From positions 70,045 through 134,044 of the forward strand of contig NMRA01000198.1 of the NCBI GenBank assembly GCA_002633005.1: a stretch of DNA of 64,000 nucleotides, written 5' to 3'. Source of the DNA: Phoronis australis (taxonomy: Eukaryota > Animalia > Phoronida). Each line of letters starts with the position of its first letter. The first letter of the stretch is position 1. This document shows, one piece after another, positions 23,101 through 38,100 of the stretch. Below the pieces are notes generated by a model. That model did not search any database and was not told the DNA's origin. It saw only the letters and a program-made list of their open reading frames with translations. The position numbers were made by a program, and so were the translations under genes.

Positions 23101-26100
23101 TGCTACATAATAACATTATGACATTACTCATGGGTCTGTAGTCACATAATGACAAACACTTACTCAAGCAAAAAGGTAGCCACCTGTTGATCACTATACC
23201 AGTCTGGCAGCTGCAGCTTGATACGGAACTGTTGACCAACATACTTCAGCACTGCCACCTGGTGGGACAAGTTCTCATCTTGCGCCTGGCGCAACATGTT
23301 GGCCACACACCTGAAATGACAAACCTACCAGGGGTAACAGCTTTACATAGACAAAAATGGAAAGAAGTGTTGTATTCCCAAGTCTGCCCTCAGAGTAATT
23401 TACCTGTTCTGGTGACATGTGAATCTCCAATTTTTCACATGTCAGTGTTTCAATCAGACATGATCACATTTCAGCACCTCACTCAGATGTGTCAACATGT
23501 CGGTTTATGCTATATTCGTGAAAAAGGTGCAGAGGCCAACTTTCGATAAAATATTGAAAATTGTATCACGATGTTGTCATGAGGAGGAGACAGCTTCCAA
23601 CACAATGAGTTTGTTGGTCTCTAGATTAACAGTTTTCATAAAATGGCACAAAACAATTGCCCAACAGAAAATGGAATTAGTGCAAATCACCAGAAAAACA
23701 AGGCATTTCATTTTTGAAGGGAAGAAAACTAAATAGTTCTCACCAGCAACCCAGCCTTAATTGGAAGTCTTATAATTTCAAATATGAGATCAGAATGTTT
23801 TGTCTGCCAGCAGTTTTGCACCTTCATCGATAAGTCAACATCAAGACATACCCTTTGTAGAATGAATCATCTTCTTTGCCTCGGATGAGTAACCGATACA
23901 CATGCTGGTCAGTGCAATCCACCAATGCCTACAGAATAACACAACAAAGTCACATTTTCTGCACATTCTAAACAACATTTGTTTTACAGGATGTGTTTAT
24001 TGGAATCACCTAGTAATAAAAATGACCTAAAAAGAATTTCAAAAGGAAATCAACTATTTAAGAATTTGTACATAACACAGAACACTTTCATGATCCTATA
24101 AAAGACTATTAATGGTAGTATTGCAGCCCACAATGACAACCACTCACGCAAAAACAAAATTAATGTTCCGTGTAGGCAGAGGTCTCACCAGCCACTCCTG
24201 TGCATGCTGTAATGACCTTGACCTTATGTCAGCGCCAAGTTTCACTCACCTTCAGCACCATAACCACAGGGATAAAGAATTGTTCCTTTTTAAAACTGAA
24301 GCTCAGGTTGGCTGTACCGTTATTCAAGTAATGCAGTACCATATTCTGCAAAGAAATGAACACAGAGATAGAAAATAGTTCCCATAATTCAAGTATTGCT
24401 GCATGATTCATTATTTACTGACAGAGGACATTGCAATTTTGTATAACAATGGTTTGATGTTCTACACACGCATAGAGTATGATCCCAAAAATGCATTCAC
24501 ACCTCAAATGACAAAAACTGTGTTGTTTACTTGATAATGGGAAGAATTGTTTTGCACTTTCTTGGCAGATTCAAATTTCAAGTAGCATTAAGTTTTGGTT
24601 CTCCAAAACCACGTCGTTTGTTCATCATTCTGGTGCATACAGAGCTTGTGACAACTCATGCGCCACCTACCTTCATAGCAAGGTGTAACCACGCATGAAA
24701 TAATGTGGTATTCATAGCAAGGTGTAACCATGCATGAAATAAATGTGGTATTCATAGCAAGGTGTAACCACGCATGAAATAATGTGGTATTCATAGCAAG
24801 GTGTAACCACGCATGAAATAATGTGGTATTCATAGCAAGGTGTAACCACGCATGAAATAATGTGGTATTCATAGCAAGGTGTAACCACGCATGAAATAAT
24901 GTGGTATTCATAGCAAGGTGTAACCACGCATGAAATAATGTGGTATTCATAAACCTCTTGACAATCTGACCAATCATGGATCAAAACAATAACCTCAGGC
25001 TTAAAAACACTCTAACCATGCTCTGAACACAATGTATATATACCACACATAAATATTAAGATATATAAGATTAGTGAAAATTGAATTTAAGACTAAAATT
25101 TTTGTAAAACAAAGACTATAATTCAGCAATGTATAACACAGCACACCTTGAATGCATGTGGGAGAAAACCTGATTTTACAATTGAAATTTTCTTCAAAGA
25201 CTTGATTTGATTTGCTTTCAAAGACCTCGATGCATAATGTAAATGTATGGTAACTAGTACGAACCGTAGCTGTCTGGTCACCCTTCACACACCGCATCAT
25301 GACCCCATATTCCGTATACTGCTTGCCTCGAGTCCTCCACGATGGTCGGATGGTACAGGTGGGCTGAAGGAGTCAGAAACACACGGAATGAATGTACACG
25401 ATAAATGAATGAGAAACACAAAGTGTGAATGTGCACTATAAATTATGAGAAACACACGGTATGTATGTATGCAACAAATGTATTAGAAACATACTAATGA
25501 CCAATGTAAAGTATGAGAAACACACAGTATAATTAATGTTCCCTATAAATGAATGAGAAACACAACTAGATGTGTGTGTTTTGTAATTAGAAGTAATGAT
25601 ATTAACACAAAGCAACTGTATGTGTATTTTTCAAATTGAGTGAGCTATGCTAAAAACATATTTAAGTAACAATGCTCAACCATTCAAAAAGAAGATGCCA
25701 ACTTTAATTTTAAGCTTCTAATTTGATACCTTTCATTCAGCATTCTTTAAAGAATTTTGAGAACAGAATGAGTCAATAAACGTATCAATCATGAGACTAG
25801 TAAAGATGACACACATCAACTGGATTTTAAAAAATATTCTAAATTGGGACAAAATTATACTTGATCTCTTCCGGATGGATGTATTGAGCAATTCTCACCC
25901 TACATCGTTGTCTTGACTATGCCTAATGAAAGCAAGCCTAATACTAGAGTGCGGTAACCGTTACTCATTTTTCAAAATTCACTGAATTTTAAGCTAATAG
26001 GTGTGTATGTATGAAAATTTTCAAGTATGACTGTGTAATCTATGATCTTGCTATTCTGCGAAGAAAATGTAGCCATAGTCACTGAGTGCAGCAGACAATG

Positions 26101-29100
26101 AACCACAGTTATGTTGCCAGTTGTTAGATAAATAATAATAATAATAATAATAATTACTGTGATAAACCTGTGGTTACAAATGCTGGTCATCTGGTCAATG
26201 CAATAGGCCAGCAGAAATATTATCTGCATAATTAATTAATAAATGGAGTAGAATTAAATGATCAGCACCCAAGGTCTACTATTTTGAAAAAAACTTACGA
26301 AATTCCTACGAGGCATAATCAGCATTCTGATAATTCGTTCATTCCCATTGATGACAAAGTAGCCACCCATTTCCTAAAAAACAAGGAACTAAATAGAGTT
26401 TGTAGCAGTTATTCGGCACAGGAGATACAAGACAAAGAAACATGGCAACATACATGTATCACATTACAAGATAAAAAAGAAACAGCAACAATTCAGTCTG
26501 TTTTCAACTGATATTGCATATACCAACAATAACATTAATCTTCAAAAGTTGTCATTTCTGCAAAAAATATATTAATCCAACTCTGGTCTCTGGAACTAAG
26601 TAACTTCAGAAAACTGGATTTGTTATTCTTAAAATGCAAATAGAACGTTTTAACTTTAATATATTCTTTTCATTGCTCACTTTGGCAATTTTTAATAAAA
26701 GTACATCATTCATTTGAATGCCAAATAAGCACGTTATTGGAGAGGTCTTCAATCAATTAATTATGAGAGAAATCAATATCAACTATTTTCCAGCCTTTTG
26801 CAATTTTGAAAATCCATTTAAACTGTTTGCACAAAAATTTTTAATGTCTATGACCAAGTGTGTCAAATTTTATTTACCTTCTAATGATGGATGTATTTGC
26901 TGTAAATATGTCAGTTTAAAAAGGACTTAGCTCCCTCTGTAGTTAGAGGATAAATCAAAGTCTTGGGCATGCTCATCAGTGTATTCACCTTGAGAATGTC
27001 AAGGTCAGACATGAATGGACCTTCACTTAAATCTGTCCCAGAAATTGTTAAGAATCAATCAATTAGATTTTTTAAAAAAAAATGAAGGTCACACTGTGAG
27101 ATGCTTAAAAGGATACCAAACCCGGTTTTGGAAAATGAAAAAGACATTAAAAACAACTTTCCCATCCACTTCTCTGAAACAAAAATCCTCGACAACCCTC
27201 AAAAGTTTGGAGCAAAATTAGTGAACTCTTTACTAAGTCTGCTGACCTACACTTAATGCAAGTTAAAAACAACTGTGGGCCAAACCACCCACCAAGAACC
27301 ACCATGTCCAGTTTGTGATTCCGAGATGGTATGAATTTTTACTTGAATTCTACTTTTATAACTCATATGGGGTGCTAGTGATCCACTAGCAGGTAGCAGA
27401 ACGAGGCCTTAATTGAAATCACCAAAACAGTGTTAAGTATTACTGTACTTTTAAGGCATGAATTCCAACTTTTCAGTCATCGAAGAATCTGGTTTCACAG
27501 TACACATATATTAAGTAATTCTTTGATGAAACATTATTTCACAAACTTAAGGTTAACACTTAACTGAAAATTGGTTACATAGTTTCTGCTTTTATTTGGA
27601 ACTAAAAATTCACAATTGTGGCATGAAGTGCCATACCGCACAATGAAAGGGCGATGTTTTGGCTTTTTCAACAGTTCAAATAACACTACTGTCTTGCGCA
27701 TAAATCTGCATTATGGATAAATTACGACTAATAGAAATTAATAAGTGAAATGCAGTTTTCTTAAAAAATTCATTACCCCCAGTATTGACTCGAGCCATTC
27801 AACATGTCTCCATGATTTGAGACTGGGTGCACCTAATGAGTGTCAATCATTCTTATCTCCACCTCCTCACCATTCAAAATGTCTCCACAATCAATGAAGA
27901 CAAGACATGAATGGTTTCAGACTGGATTTATTTAATAGATGGCTGTCAATCATTCTTACGTCCACCCTATCACCATTCCAATATGTCTCCACAATCAGTG
28001 AAGGCAAGACATGAATGGTTTCAGACTGGATTTATTTAATAGATGGCTGTCAATCATTCTTACCTCCGCCCTCTCACCATTCCAATATGTCTCCACAATC
28101 AGTGAAGGCAAGGCTCACATAGTTTCACACTGGGTTAATAGACACACATCAATCATTCTTACCTCCGCCTCTTCACCATGTTGAATGAGCTCAGCTGGCT
28201 TCAGCTTTGCCAGATTACAAACATTAGACTAAAATAGATAAAAAAGAATTAAAAGAAACTTTAAACTGTTAGAGTGAAAGAGGTTGCATGTCATAGGACA
28301 GGATCATATCAAAACCATCTCATAACGTAATGTCACGTGTCAACTAATAGGTGCAACTGTAAATAAAATACACACAGACACACAGATTACATGCACCATG
28401 TGACCGACACAGGGCAGTCTTATCAGCTGGACATCCAAAAGATTTTTGGAGACAACACAATACTCCGGGAAGCCCTCCCATCCCCTCATTACCTCGACAC
28501 ACACCTCCCTCAACACCAAGTTCATAGTGAAGACCCTTCATTACCTTGACCATAACAGGCACCTCCCCCAATACACGCTCCATGGTAAAGCTTCTCCCAT
28601 CCACTGTGCATTTCACCGTACCTTGCACTTTACTGCGATACGTGCTGCCTCGTTCTCGACACTAAACGGAAGAAGGGGACAATAGAATGCTTGATACACT
28701 TGTTACATACAGTCTGCGATACAATAAACATAAGTTGGGTACATGCTGAATGAGCAAGTGCTCTGTCAGCACCTGGCGACACTGTATAAAGGGCCTTTGT
28801 TTGGACACCTTTCATATGAAGGAAATATTTTTCTTCTGTTCACACCAATATTATCAAAAAAAATTGAGCTTAATTTCAATCAATTGTGGGCAATTCTGTT
28901 GCCAACTTTCTTCCCAATATTCACTATATCATAAGCAAAAACTAGGTGACTTTCTTCATTTTTTAACACATACACTGTGTATAACACTATACACTGTATG
29001 TAACAATATACACTCTACGTAACACTATACACTGTATGTAACAACTGTCTTACCTCCGCTGGAAACACCTTGAGTGTATTGGCATGTGTGTTACCCTGAG

Positions 29101-32100
29101 CAACCACAGGTAATCCAACAGAGGCATCCTATCAAGAGGAAAGGATGTTCATTAAAAAGTCAAGGAAATGATTTCAACAATTAACTATTTATTTTGGTTG
29201 ACCTATTTATGTTAAATTGACAAATGCAAGAAATTCAATCGCATGCCTCAGAAGTACAACATAATTTTAGAGGCTCATACCACACAGGTGAGAGGCCAGA
29301 AAGTGACAGAAGTTTGAAGGCCTTTTATATTAAATATAGAGGATGCTGCTCTTCTCCCACCTACAAAATAATAAACACAAATAATCTTGAAGCAAAATAT
29401 CAGACAACAATTTCTACTAAATTTGTTTCAAAGTTTGTGTTGACTTCCAAACTTTAAATTAGATAGAGAGGTGGACGCCAGAAAACTGATGCAAAAATAA
29501 CAAAAATGCCCACAAGGTTGCGTAAAAGTTCGAGTCCGTGCGAAACTCATCGTCATCTGTCATCGGCCACATAGGAACACACCTATCAAATTTCAATAAG
29601 ATGCTGCAATGGGTTTAGGAAATACAGCCACAGACGACGGATGTCCAGACATCCAGACTGAGATGGCACTAATATGCACTCACATTCAAATATGTGGGCC
29701 CATAAAAACCATCTATTATCAAATTTGGAGAGAACTGAAAAATGCCAATGATGGATGCTTGGAAAGGTCCACCGTTCATTGATGGGCATTTGCATTTCGT
29801 TGACAGGTCGCGTTATCACCACGATCCAGATCTTGATTATTTGTTGTACCAGGATCTGAGTCAATATCTGTATCTGGAACATAGTCCCCAATTGTAAAAT
29901 AATCCTTAAGAGCCTTTAAGTCTTTGCGCAGCAGACGACATGACTAAATATGAAGAATACTCAAGTCAACCAAGACGGAAACCATAGAAGTCACTGGCTG
30001 TGCAAAATCCCAGAATTACTCCTCCTGAAACAGTTAACGTCACACACTACCCCTAAATTGAAGAGTAATGAACAGCAAACTGCAGTTTTTCACAGGGTGT
30101 AACCATAAATATTGGATTAGCTAGCGAAACCCTTGTAAGGCCAATGAGATGACCTCAAATTCGATTGGCCAGTGATAAGGAGAAATGCGGAAAATTCCAA
30201 GCCTTGTAAATTTCTTATTTCTGAAATGACTGACGGCCTATACACCTGAGTGATGGCCGACCAACTGATAATATTAAGAAAGTGATAATCATTTCAAGCA
30301 AATTATTTGAATTTTGCCCATCTTTTTTAGCTCTAGCCGTCCAGTCAAACTCGTCCAAAATAAAATTCTGGCCATCCAAAACACCGCCGTTTTAGAAACC
30401 CCTGCAGCAGTGGATCACACGTTGAGCTGTGCCTACTACAAAACTTCAGAAAAGCATAGAGAGTACAGCAACACCAACCTACCGTCATACAAATGGACAC
30501 TCTTTGTCCGGAGGAAAGAGCAAATTCAACAGGAGGAATGTTCTGAAAAGACAAAACATCACATAATACTAGACTCATAGTGGTTAAACCAACTGTCAGA
30601 CAACAAATCTTAATTAAAATGTCTACACAGAGCAGAGTTCAAGGCAGTGTTAAAGCCCACTGCAACGCCCGTTTTGTCACTTTTCATTGTTTTCTTGACC
30701 TGACATCACCTTATGACTTAAGTAAGGATATGATGGACTTACTAAGAACCAGTAAAATTTTAATGAGTGACCAACAAACACCAGCTGCATCTAGATGTTG
30801 AGACTAGCTACGAAAACGTAATATTGAACAAATCACTGATAAGAAGTTAAATGTACACGCAAGGCTCTGGTTGGGCAAACTAGAAGCACGTGACTAAACG
30901 AAACAATGATGTCAAGCCATACATACCTGCACAGCTCTGCTCAGTCCTTCACGGAGCATGTAATTGAAAGACTCTATATGTGGCTTTACTAACTGTTGTA
31001 GAGGCTGAAAGGAACAACAACAGACACATGACCACATGGCTTTTACTAGAAGTGTCTTAGGTCTATGGAGCACAGTCCTGATAAACTAAAAAAAAACTAT
31101 CACTTGTCATTAAATTTGTTGCTTAGTCACAGGCATGGTGACAAAATGATTGGTTGGTCTGACTTAGACACTTCGTAAACAAGACAAGTATTGATTGGTT
31201 TGCAATGCCAATATATATTAAACTCCCATGGAAAGACAAAATGAAGCCTGTATTGTCAATACAATTTCAATGCGTCAGTTGCCCAGTTATTAAACATAGT
31301 GTGTCAAGGAATTTTTTAAATCACCAATGAAGTCGTCGATCTAGTGATACGCAAGAACTGGTTCAGTGAGAATATTCTGAAAACCAGAAATACAAACAAG
31401 AGTTGAAAAGCAGGTTGAAATCCTGCTACCCCTCCACCCCAAAACAAGAGCAACGCGAAGCGTTGAAATGCGCCCACAAATGCATCGCAAATGGTGTTTT
31501 TAAGGTTGTTTATTTTTTCCATAAAAGTGGCCACTGGATGGCGCAAAAACGTACAATCCATCCGAAAACAGGAACATGTCATTGTTTCTTTAATAGAAAG
31601 CTATAAACCAAATTTCATAGAAATCTGACAAGGAACTTCATCAGAGAAACAAAGGAAAACAGAATAAAATGAAATTGCCACTGTTCATTGGATCCGCCTG
31701 AAAGTCGTCATTGTCTGTTGTTAGCTTCACATAAGTACACTTTACTAATTAAATTTAACAAAGATCCTGCAGTGGGAGATAGACCTATGGGCGCAAAACA
31801 AAACAAAACTACCACTAGGAGGTGCCACAGTAGTCAAAGTTGTCATTGTCAACCGTCCTCTTCACACTGAGGATATTACAAATTTTCAAAACCATCCTTA
31901 GAATGATTGAGTTGATAGAGGGGTAGACGCCAAAAAATGGCCACTAGGAGGCGCAAAATACCTCGATTCCATGCGTATACGGGAGGATAGCGTCGTCTCA
32001 CTAATAGATGCCTGTATTCAAAATTCTATGAAAATTCATTGAGGACCTTTGAAGGTACAGAGGTAAACGTAAAACTAAAATTGCCACTAGGGAGCACACC

Positions 32101-35100
32101 AATAGTCAGATCCATTCGAAAATCGTTGTCGTCAATTGTCAACATTATAAACACACTGTCTTGTTAATTTAAAGATCCGGCAAACGGTTAAGGAGATACA
32201 GCCATGGGCGAAAAAAATGAAACTGCCACTAAGAGGCGCCACAGTAGTAAAAGTCATCAGAAAATCATCACCACCCATCCACTTCATTGTAAAAACATGC
32301 CAATTTTCACAATTATTCGGAAAGCGGTGTGGTTGATAGAGAGGTGGACGCCAAAAAAACAGACTCAAAAACAGTAAATATGGCCACTAGGTGATGCACA
32401 CTAGGTGGAATCCATCTGAAAACAGAAAGATAGTGTCACCTCGCCTCATTCTATGAAAATCTGTTGAGGACCTTTGAAGATACATAGGTAAACATAAAAA
32501 ATGCCACTAGGTGGCACACCAGTAGTTAGATCTGTCCGAAAGTCGTTGTCGTCCGTTGCCATCATGAAATAAAATACCACTAACTAAATTTAGCAAACAT
32601 CCTGCAAACGCTTTAGGAGATATAGTCATAGACGCATAAAAACAAAACTGCCACTAGCAGGCGCCACAGTAGTCGAAGTCGTCAGAAAATCATCGTCAAC
32701 CGTCCTCTTCATAGTAAGAACATTCATGCCAATTTTCACAATCATGCTTAGAGTGGTTTGGTTGATAGAAAGGAGGACGCTAAAAACAGACATGAAAACA
32801 GTAAAAATAGCCATTAGGTGGCGCAAACTACGTCGAATCCATCCGAAAACAGGAGGATACCGTTGTCTTACTAATAGATGCCTATAGACCAAATTTTGTG
32901 AAAATATGTTGAGGACTTTTGAAGATACAGAGGTAAGCGTCAAAGACTAAAATTGCCACTAAGAGGCACACCGGTAGTCGGATCCGTCTGAAACTGCTCA
33001 TCCCATACATGAGGGGAACACATGTGCAAAATTTCATGAAACAACATACGTCAACCAGTTTCGGAGATAGAGCAGTGGACGCCGGACGGACGCCGTCCGG
33101 ATGAACGGACGGACAGAGATGACGGCATAATACATCCACACATAAATACGTGGGTGCATATAAAAGCAGGACCGGCCTGGCAGGCAATGATGCACAGTAA
33201 GTGTCACAGAGGGCAAATTGCAGGACGCATCATATCCATGCTGACGCTGCAGGAAATTACAGTGTAGAAAAATCTACGTCTGGATGGCGGGTACCCATCC
33301 TAGGTCGTCAGCGAGATTGTCAAGTATCCAAACCGTTCGACCAAGACCCAATTGCTCCTTGGTTACTAAAATACCTTTTACCCATAGAGAGAAAACTTAA
33401 GAAGCTGTTGATGTATTTAAGTCCTTCCAACTCGAACAAATACTCCCATAATCAAACTTTTTGAGCAGCCATTCGTTCAGTTGCCTTTAGTGGCAACTGG
33501 ACATTTTTACTCTGTTCACGCCACCCATATGACCTCACATCTCCATGACTTTGGATAGTTCAATCAGTGTGAGGCGTATAATTTGCTATACAACTTCCAG
33601 GGTATGAATGGCCACCATCTCTACTGCTAGTTGCGACAGAGGCATGGCCTACTTGGTTAGTGGCTTGGAGACTTCATTAATGTACGTTACACCCAGAACA
33701 ATCGTTCATCATGGTCCATACGATGCAGCAATTGCGATCTTAATGGAGTCAGATTGTACACAATAACCAGATGTTCAAGTATGTTGACTATATTGTATCC
33801 AGAGTCATGGTATGTGTTAACTATAACTCCATGTATATATACAGTCACGTATATGTATATGTATAAAATATAACATACTACAAGGTATGACACTTGGGAC
33901 TAGATATTCCACGGGAGCCTCACTTCAGCCATCCATTTCAAACACAAAATTCAATAAATTTACACGAAACAGGGGTTGAACAAACCATGAGCAATTGTTC
34001 TTTCTTCTAATAGTAATACAATTCATGGTGTCCTGCTCCAGGGAGTTTGCAACAAATTTGCGGTCAAAACACAAAAATCTTCACAAAAAGCCGATGCATA
34101 CTAACTCCTTTGTCCCATGCGAGTTGGTTCAAGGTCCAGGATGGTATGGAATTATCAGATAAGTTACAGATAGACGGCAAATACTGGTTCATCATGGAAA
34201 GTTACGAAATGATCTGGCTAAGTCTGGAGCTTTTGATGCCGTGACTTTCCGTGACAAATCGGCAAATTCCATGGGACAGACAACCTAGTAAGGATCAGCT
34301 TTTTGGGAAGATTTTCGTTCTTTGACCGCAAATTTATTGCGAACTCGCTGGAGCATAACACCATGAAATTGAAGAAAGAACAATTGCTCATGGTTCGTTG
34401 AAAACCTGTTCTGTATAAATTTATTGAGTTTTGTGTTTGATACGGAGGGCTGAAGTGAAGCACCCATGGAATTTCTAGTCCCTTTTAGCATATAAATATA
34501 GTGTATAGGTAGGAAAGATAATCAAAAAGTAGGTCAAAGTGCTCCATATCTGCCTCCATGTAAAACCCAAGTCGGTAAATTACCTGATTTCAGACTTCAA
34601 AGTTAACTATAAGATAATTTTGTGTCATAAATCGTTACCTTAATCTTTATTTGTAAGTTTGTAATCTTTTTGTCACACCTTATCGCTGATAAATCATTTT
34701 TTGTAAGCTTTTTTAAGTGCACTATTTTCCACCATGCGATCAACTTTCGAAAAAGTGCCTCTTGTTCCTCCGATCCAAAAGAGCACTATACTCTCAATTA
34801 CAGACATGAAATTTGGACAGGATGTAGTTTAGATGTGTGCGCATCTCCTCAAGTTATTTTCTCGAAGTCAAGGCCAAGTTTTCATGGCGAGTTTTCGATC
34901 GTCCGTAAGGCCTAATTTTGATCGGTCAGGAAATTGATGTTTTTGCGGTTGTGCAATATGCCCCGCCGATTTTTAGATGAAGAATTTATCAAACTTTTAA
35001 TTGGTAATTATTTCATTTTCAGAAATTTTGTCAAACTGCTGCGCATTGGCACTTTTCAAACAGCAGTTGTTAGTTCACTAAGTCGCCGCATGTCAACGCC

Positions 35101-38100
35101 ACGAGCGGCTACAGTAACTTTGAAGTTCAACGGCATCGCAACTTTGCCGTTCCAAATAAAGTTGTTACAAAAAGTTTTTGTTGCGTAAATGATGAAATCC
35201 TTCATGTTAAGAGTGATTTGTTTTCCCCAAATGGTCTTTTGTCTACTTTCTGATGTTTTTTGCCATGATTTGATCTAAGAGTACATGGGTGGCACCGAAG
35301 CACTGGATAAAGTGGGGGCTATAGCCTCCCCCAGCCCCCTATCAGGCTATGATGTGCTGCCCATGTAGTGGTACTCAGGGGCAGTTACAGGATTTTTAGT
35401 TAGGAGGTAGCGGCGCCAGGGCAGAGTTTTAAGCAAGATTTTACCTGTAACATATTTGCACCCTCGAACTGTCAAATGAAATCTGGGAGGATTTCAGGAG
35501 GGCTCTGGGCTGGCTCCCTTGCCACCCCCCCCTCCAAATCCACCAATGTTATCTTGTGGTTTGAGGTGAAATTTCCTCCTAGCTCAGATGTATTTATTTC
35601 TAAGCTGACGTGTTGTCTTTGCTCTTTTCCTTTTAAGTGTGTAATCCATTGTTTTCATCAAACATGAGGTTGATGCTGAGCCTGTTCCATATGCTAAAAA
35701 CACACTTAACGTTATCTCCAACCTTATTTAGTGGCCTCCATTCTAACTCGGATATCAAAAAACTAAGCTTTGTCAACTAGTAAAAGTATATATTTACTGA
35801 AAGAACAAAGACCAGGAAATATAAATATACTTTTTGTATTAATGTGCCATTATTATTTTTACTTAAAAACCTTTTTTAAGTCAAAATTTCATTTTTAAGA
35901 AAGGTACATTCATCGCAAAATAACCCCTCAGTCAATTTTAATGAAACCTTTTTTAAATGAAATCTTCACCAGTTACCTCNNNNNNNNNNNNNNNNNNNNN
36001 NNNNNNNNNNNNNNNNNNNNNNNNNNNNNNNNNNNNNNNNNNNNNNNNNNNNNNNNNNNNNNNNNNNNNNNNNNNNNNNNNNNNNNNNNNNNNNNNNNNN
36101 NNNNNNNNNNNNNNNNNNNNNNNNNNNNNNNNNNNNNNNNNNNNNNNNNNNNNNNNNNNNNNNNNNNNNNNNNNNNNNNNNNNNNNNNNNNNNNNNNNNN
36201 NNNNNNNNNNNNNNNNNNNNNNNNCCCCCCCTCCCACACAGATTTTACTGGAACAGCCCTAACAGAGTTATTGAGATTGATGACTAAATATTAAATTTGT
36301 AAAGTTTCAGCAAAATCCATCAAGCTGTTTTCAAGAACTAGTGTTCCTAATTTCAAATAAAGTCGATTTGCCGAAGCTGAGAAAAAGCCGATTAAACTGG
36401 GGCAAGTGAAAATCTCAAAGTCTTCGGTTAATTATTCGGTGAAAACTTGTTTTCGGTACACATAACCTATACAATCCTTAACTGTGTTAGCTATTTCAAC
36501 GTTCACTCGCAATGTCAACTGATTTTGCAGTGCGTGACTTAACTTAATTATCATAAAAACCTCAAATACACGTATTTATCCAGCCAACTTTTAATGTTGT
36601 TTGTGCCCTACGTTCTAAGTAGGTCACAGTTCATAGCCTGTATACGTCACATGCTGGGAGACTGATACGAAACCAAGTAAGAAATGGTTTACAAAAACCG
36701 GATCGATTGTTAAAGTATGTCATTAGCATGAATTCGAAACATCGAAATGTCAACTTATTAATTGAATTAGGGAATTAGGGTGAGGATTTATCTCTTTTCA
36801 CAACTTTCTGAGTTCGTGACCATAGAGGCCTGACGCGACTCGTAGCATTCGTCTTCAACGCCAACGGTTGTATGCATGTAGACGCACAACTCCCTTAGGA
36901 TCAAGATTACGTTTTGTCTTCGTTTTTCCCGGCACCATTCTATCATAAGTACACCTCGTTGGCTCAATGTTAGGGAGACTTTGTGAATGAAAGTACTGAG
37001 GGTATACGAAGCTGTTCCATACCTGGTGGGAGATTCGATTTAATTGAAAGCCCTTTAACCTTTGATCTTGGATAAGTAGCAACAAATACCCACGCGGATG
37101 TGTAGTTCCAAGGTGGTTCTGCTAAATCTTTTTTTCTCGCTATACGGTACATATTTAAAGTTCCCCGAGAATGAAGATAAGGGATTTTGCCAGACAGGAG
37201 TGAAATATTGTAAAAATGGCCAATATTTGTGAATAAGGTTGGAGATAGCCTTAAACAGCAATATCTTTGTAGAAATCGATCCAAATTTTATATAATACAC
37301 ACCACCATGTCCGTCTCAATGAGATGAATCTTTTTAGATGTAGCACATGTATATGCTTGTATTTTTTACAAAATTATGTAAAAAGGCATATTTTACGAAT
37401 AATCGTCGCGTTTCAACGACCATTTTCTCGATAACCGCTCATCTATTTTTTATGATTTTTGCACCATTTCATTTCTCACACCATGGGCTTTTTACAAATG
37501 TATGACTTATGGACATTGTAAAAAATTAAAAAACGTTGTCCTTCCTAGTATAGGGGACGATTAGAAGCTGAGTAGGACTTATTTCTGAGATGCCAGCGGC
37601 GGGCAAGGTAGTCTCTCATCCTGCCGACTACGCCATTTGTAGTAATAGCCAAGATTACCAGACCCGGGGATCGAACCAGCGACCCCCATAAAACCGACAA
37701 GCATGCTAACCATTCAGCTCGCAATTGCCCGTTAGCGAGTAGCTAACAGTAACAGCCTCCCGTTCAGGACCTCGCTAAAAAGCAAGACTTCACGAGATTA
37801 CGTGGGATATTCTAAATGAGAACACGTGACTTTGACTAGGTTTTAGCTATATCCTAGCGTCAACTGAACGCACGCCAGGCGTGCGTTCAGTAGACGCTAG
37901 GACCTACGCTTTGACCTAGCTAAAATCTAGTCAAAGTCACATGTTCGTATTTAAAATACACGGCAATATCTCACGTAATCTCGTGAAGTCTTGCTTTTTA
38001 GTGAGGTCCTAGCGTTACTGAACGTGAGGCAGGTCAGAGGCTCATATGATTCACCGGAAGCACATCTACTAAACATCTACAACATTAATTTCCCTACGTC

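Noticed and set aside
24672-24950. CRISPR-like regular repeats (also 22308-22930 and 7341-7500)
   Set aside because: Units are contiguous with no unique spacers, there are no cas genes, and the context is a eukaryotic intron or UTR. These are minisatellites.
25972-26229. ORF with YLTTGN resembling the POLR1B YL.ATGN motif
   Set aside because: It lies between exons 7 and 8 (wrong order), is preceded by an (ATT)n microsatellite, and has no suitable splice sites.
26905-26985. Box C/D snoRNA candidate in POLR1B intron 6 (minus strand TGATGA...CTGA, ~68 nt)
   Set aside because: Box C is preceded by C rather than a purine, there is no convincing terminal stem, and I recognise no rRNA-complementary guide.
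35941-36294. ORFs spanning N runs (also 44049-44543)
   Set aside because: They are open only because of ambiguous bases.
37655-37730. tRNA gene
   Set aside because: A and B boxes are present but there is no proper acceptor or anticodon stem, and it is followed by a SINE-like body and tail.
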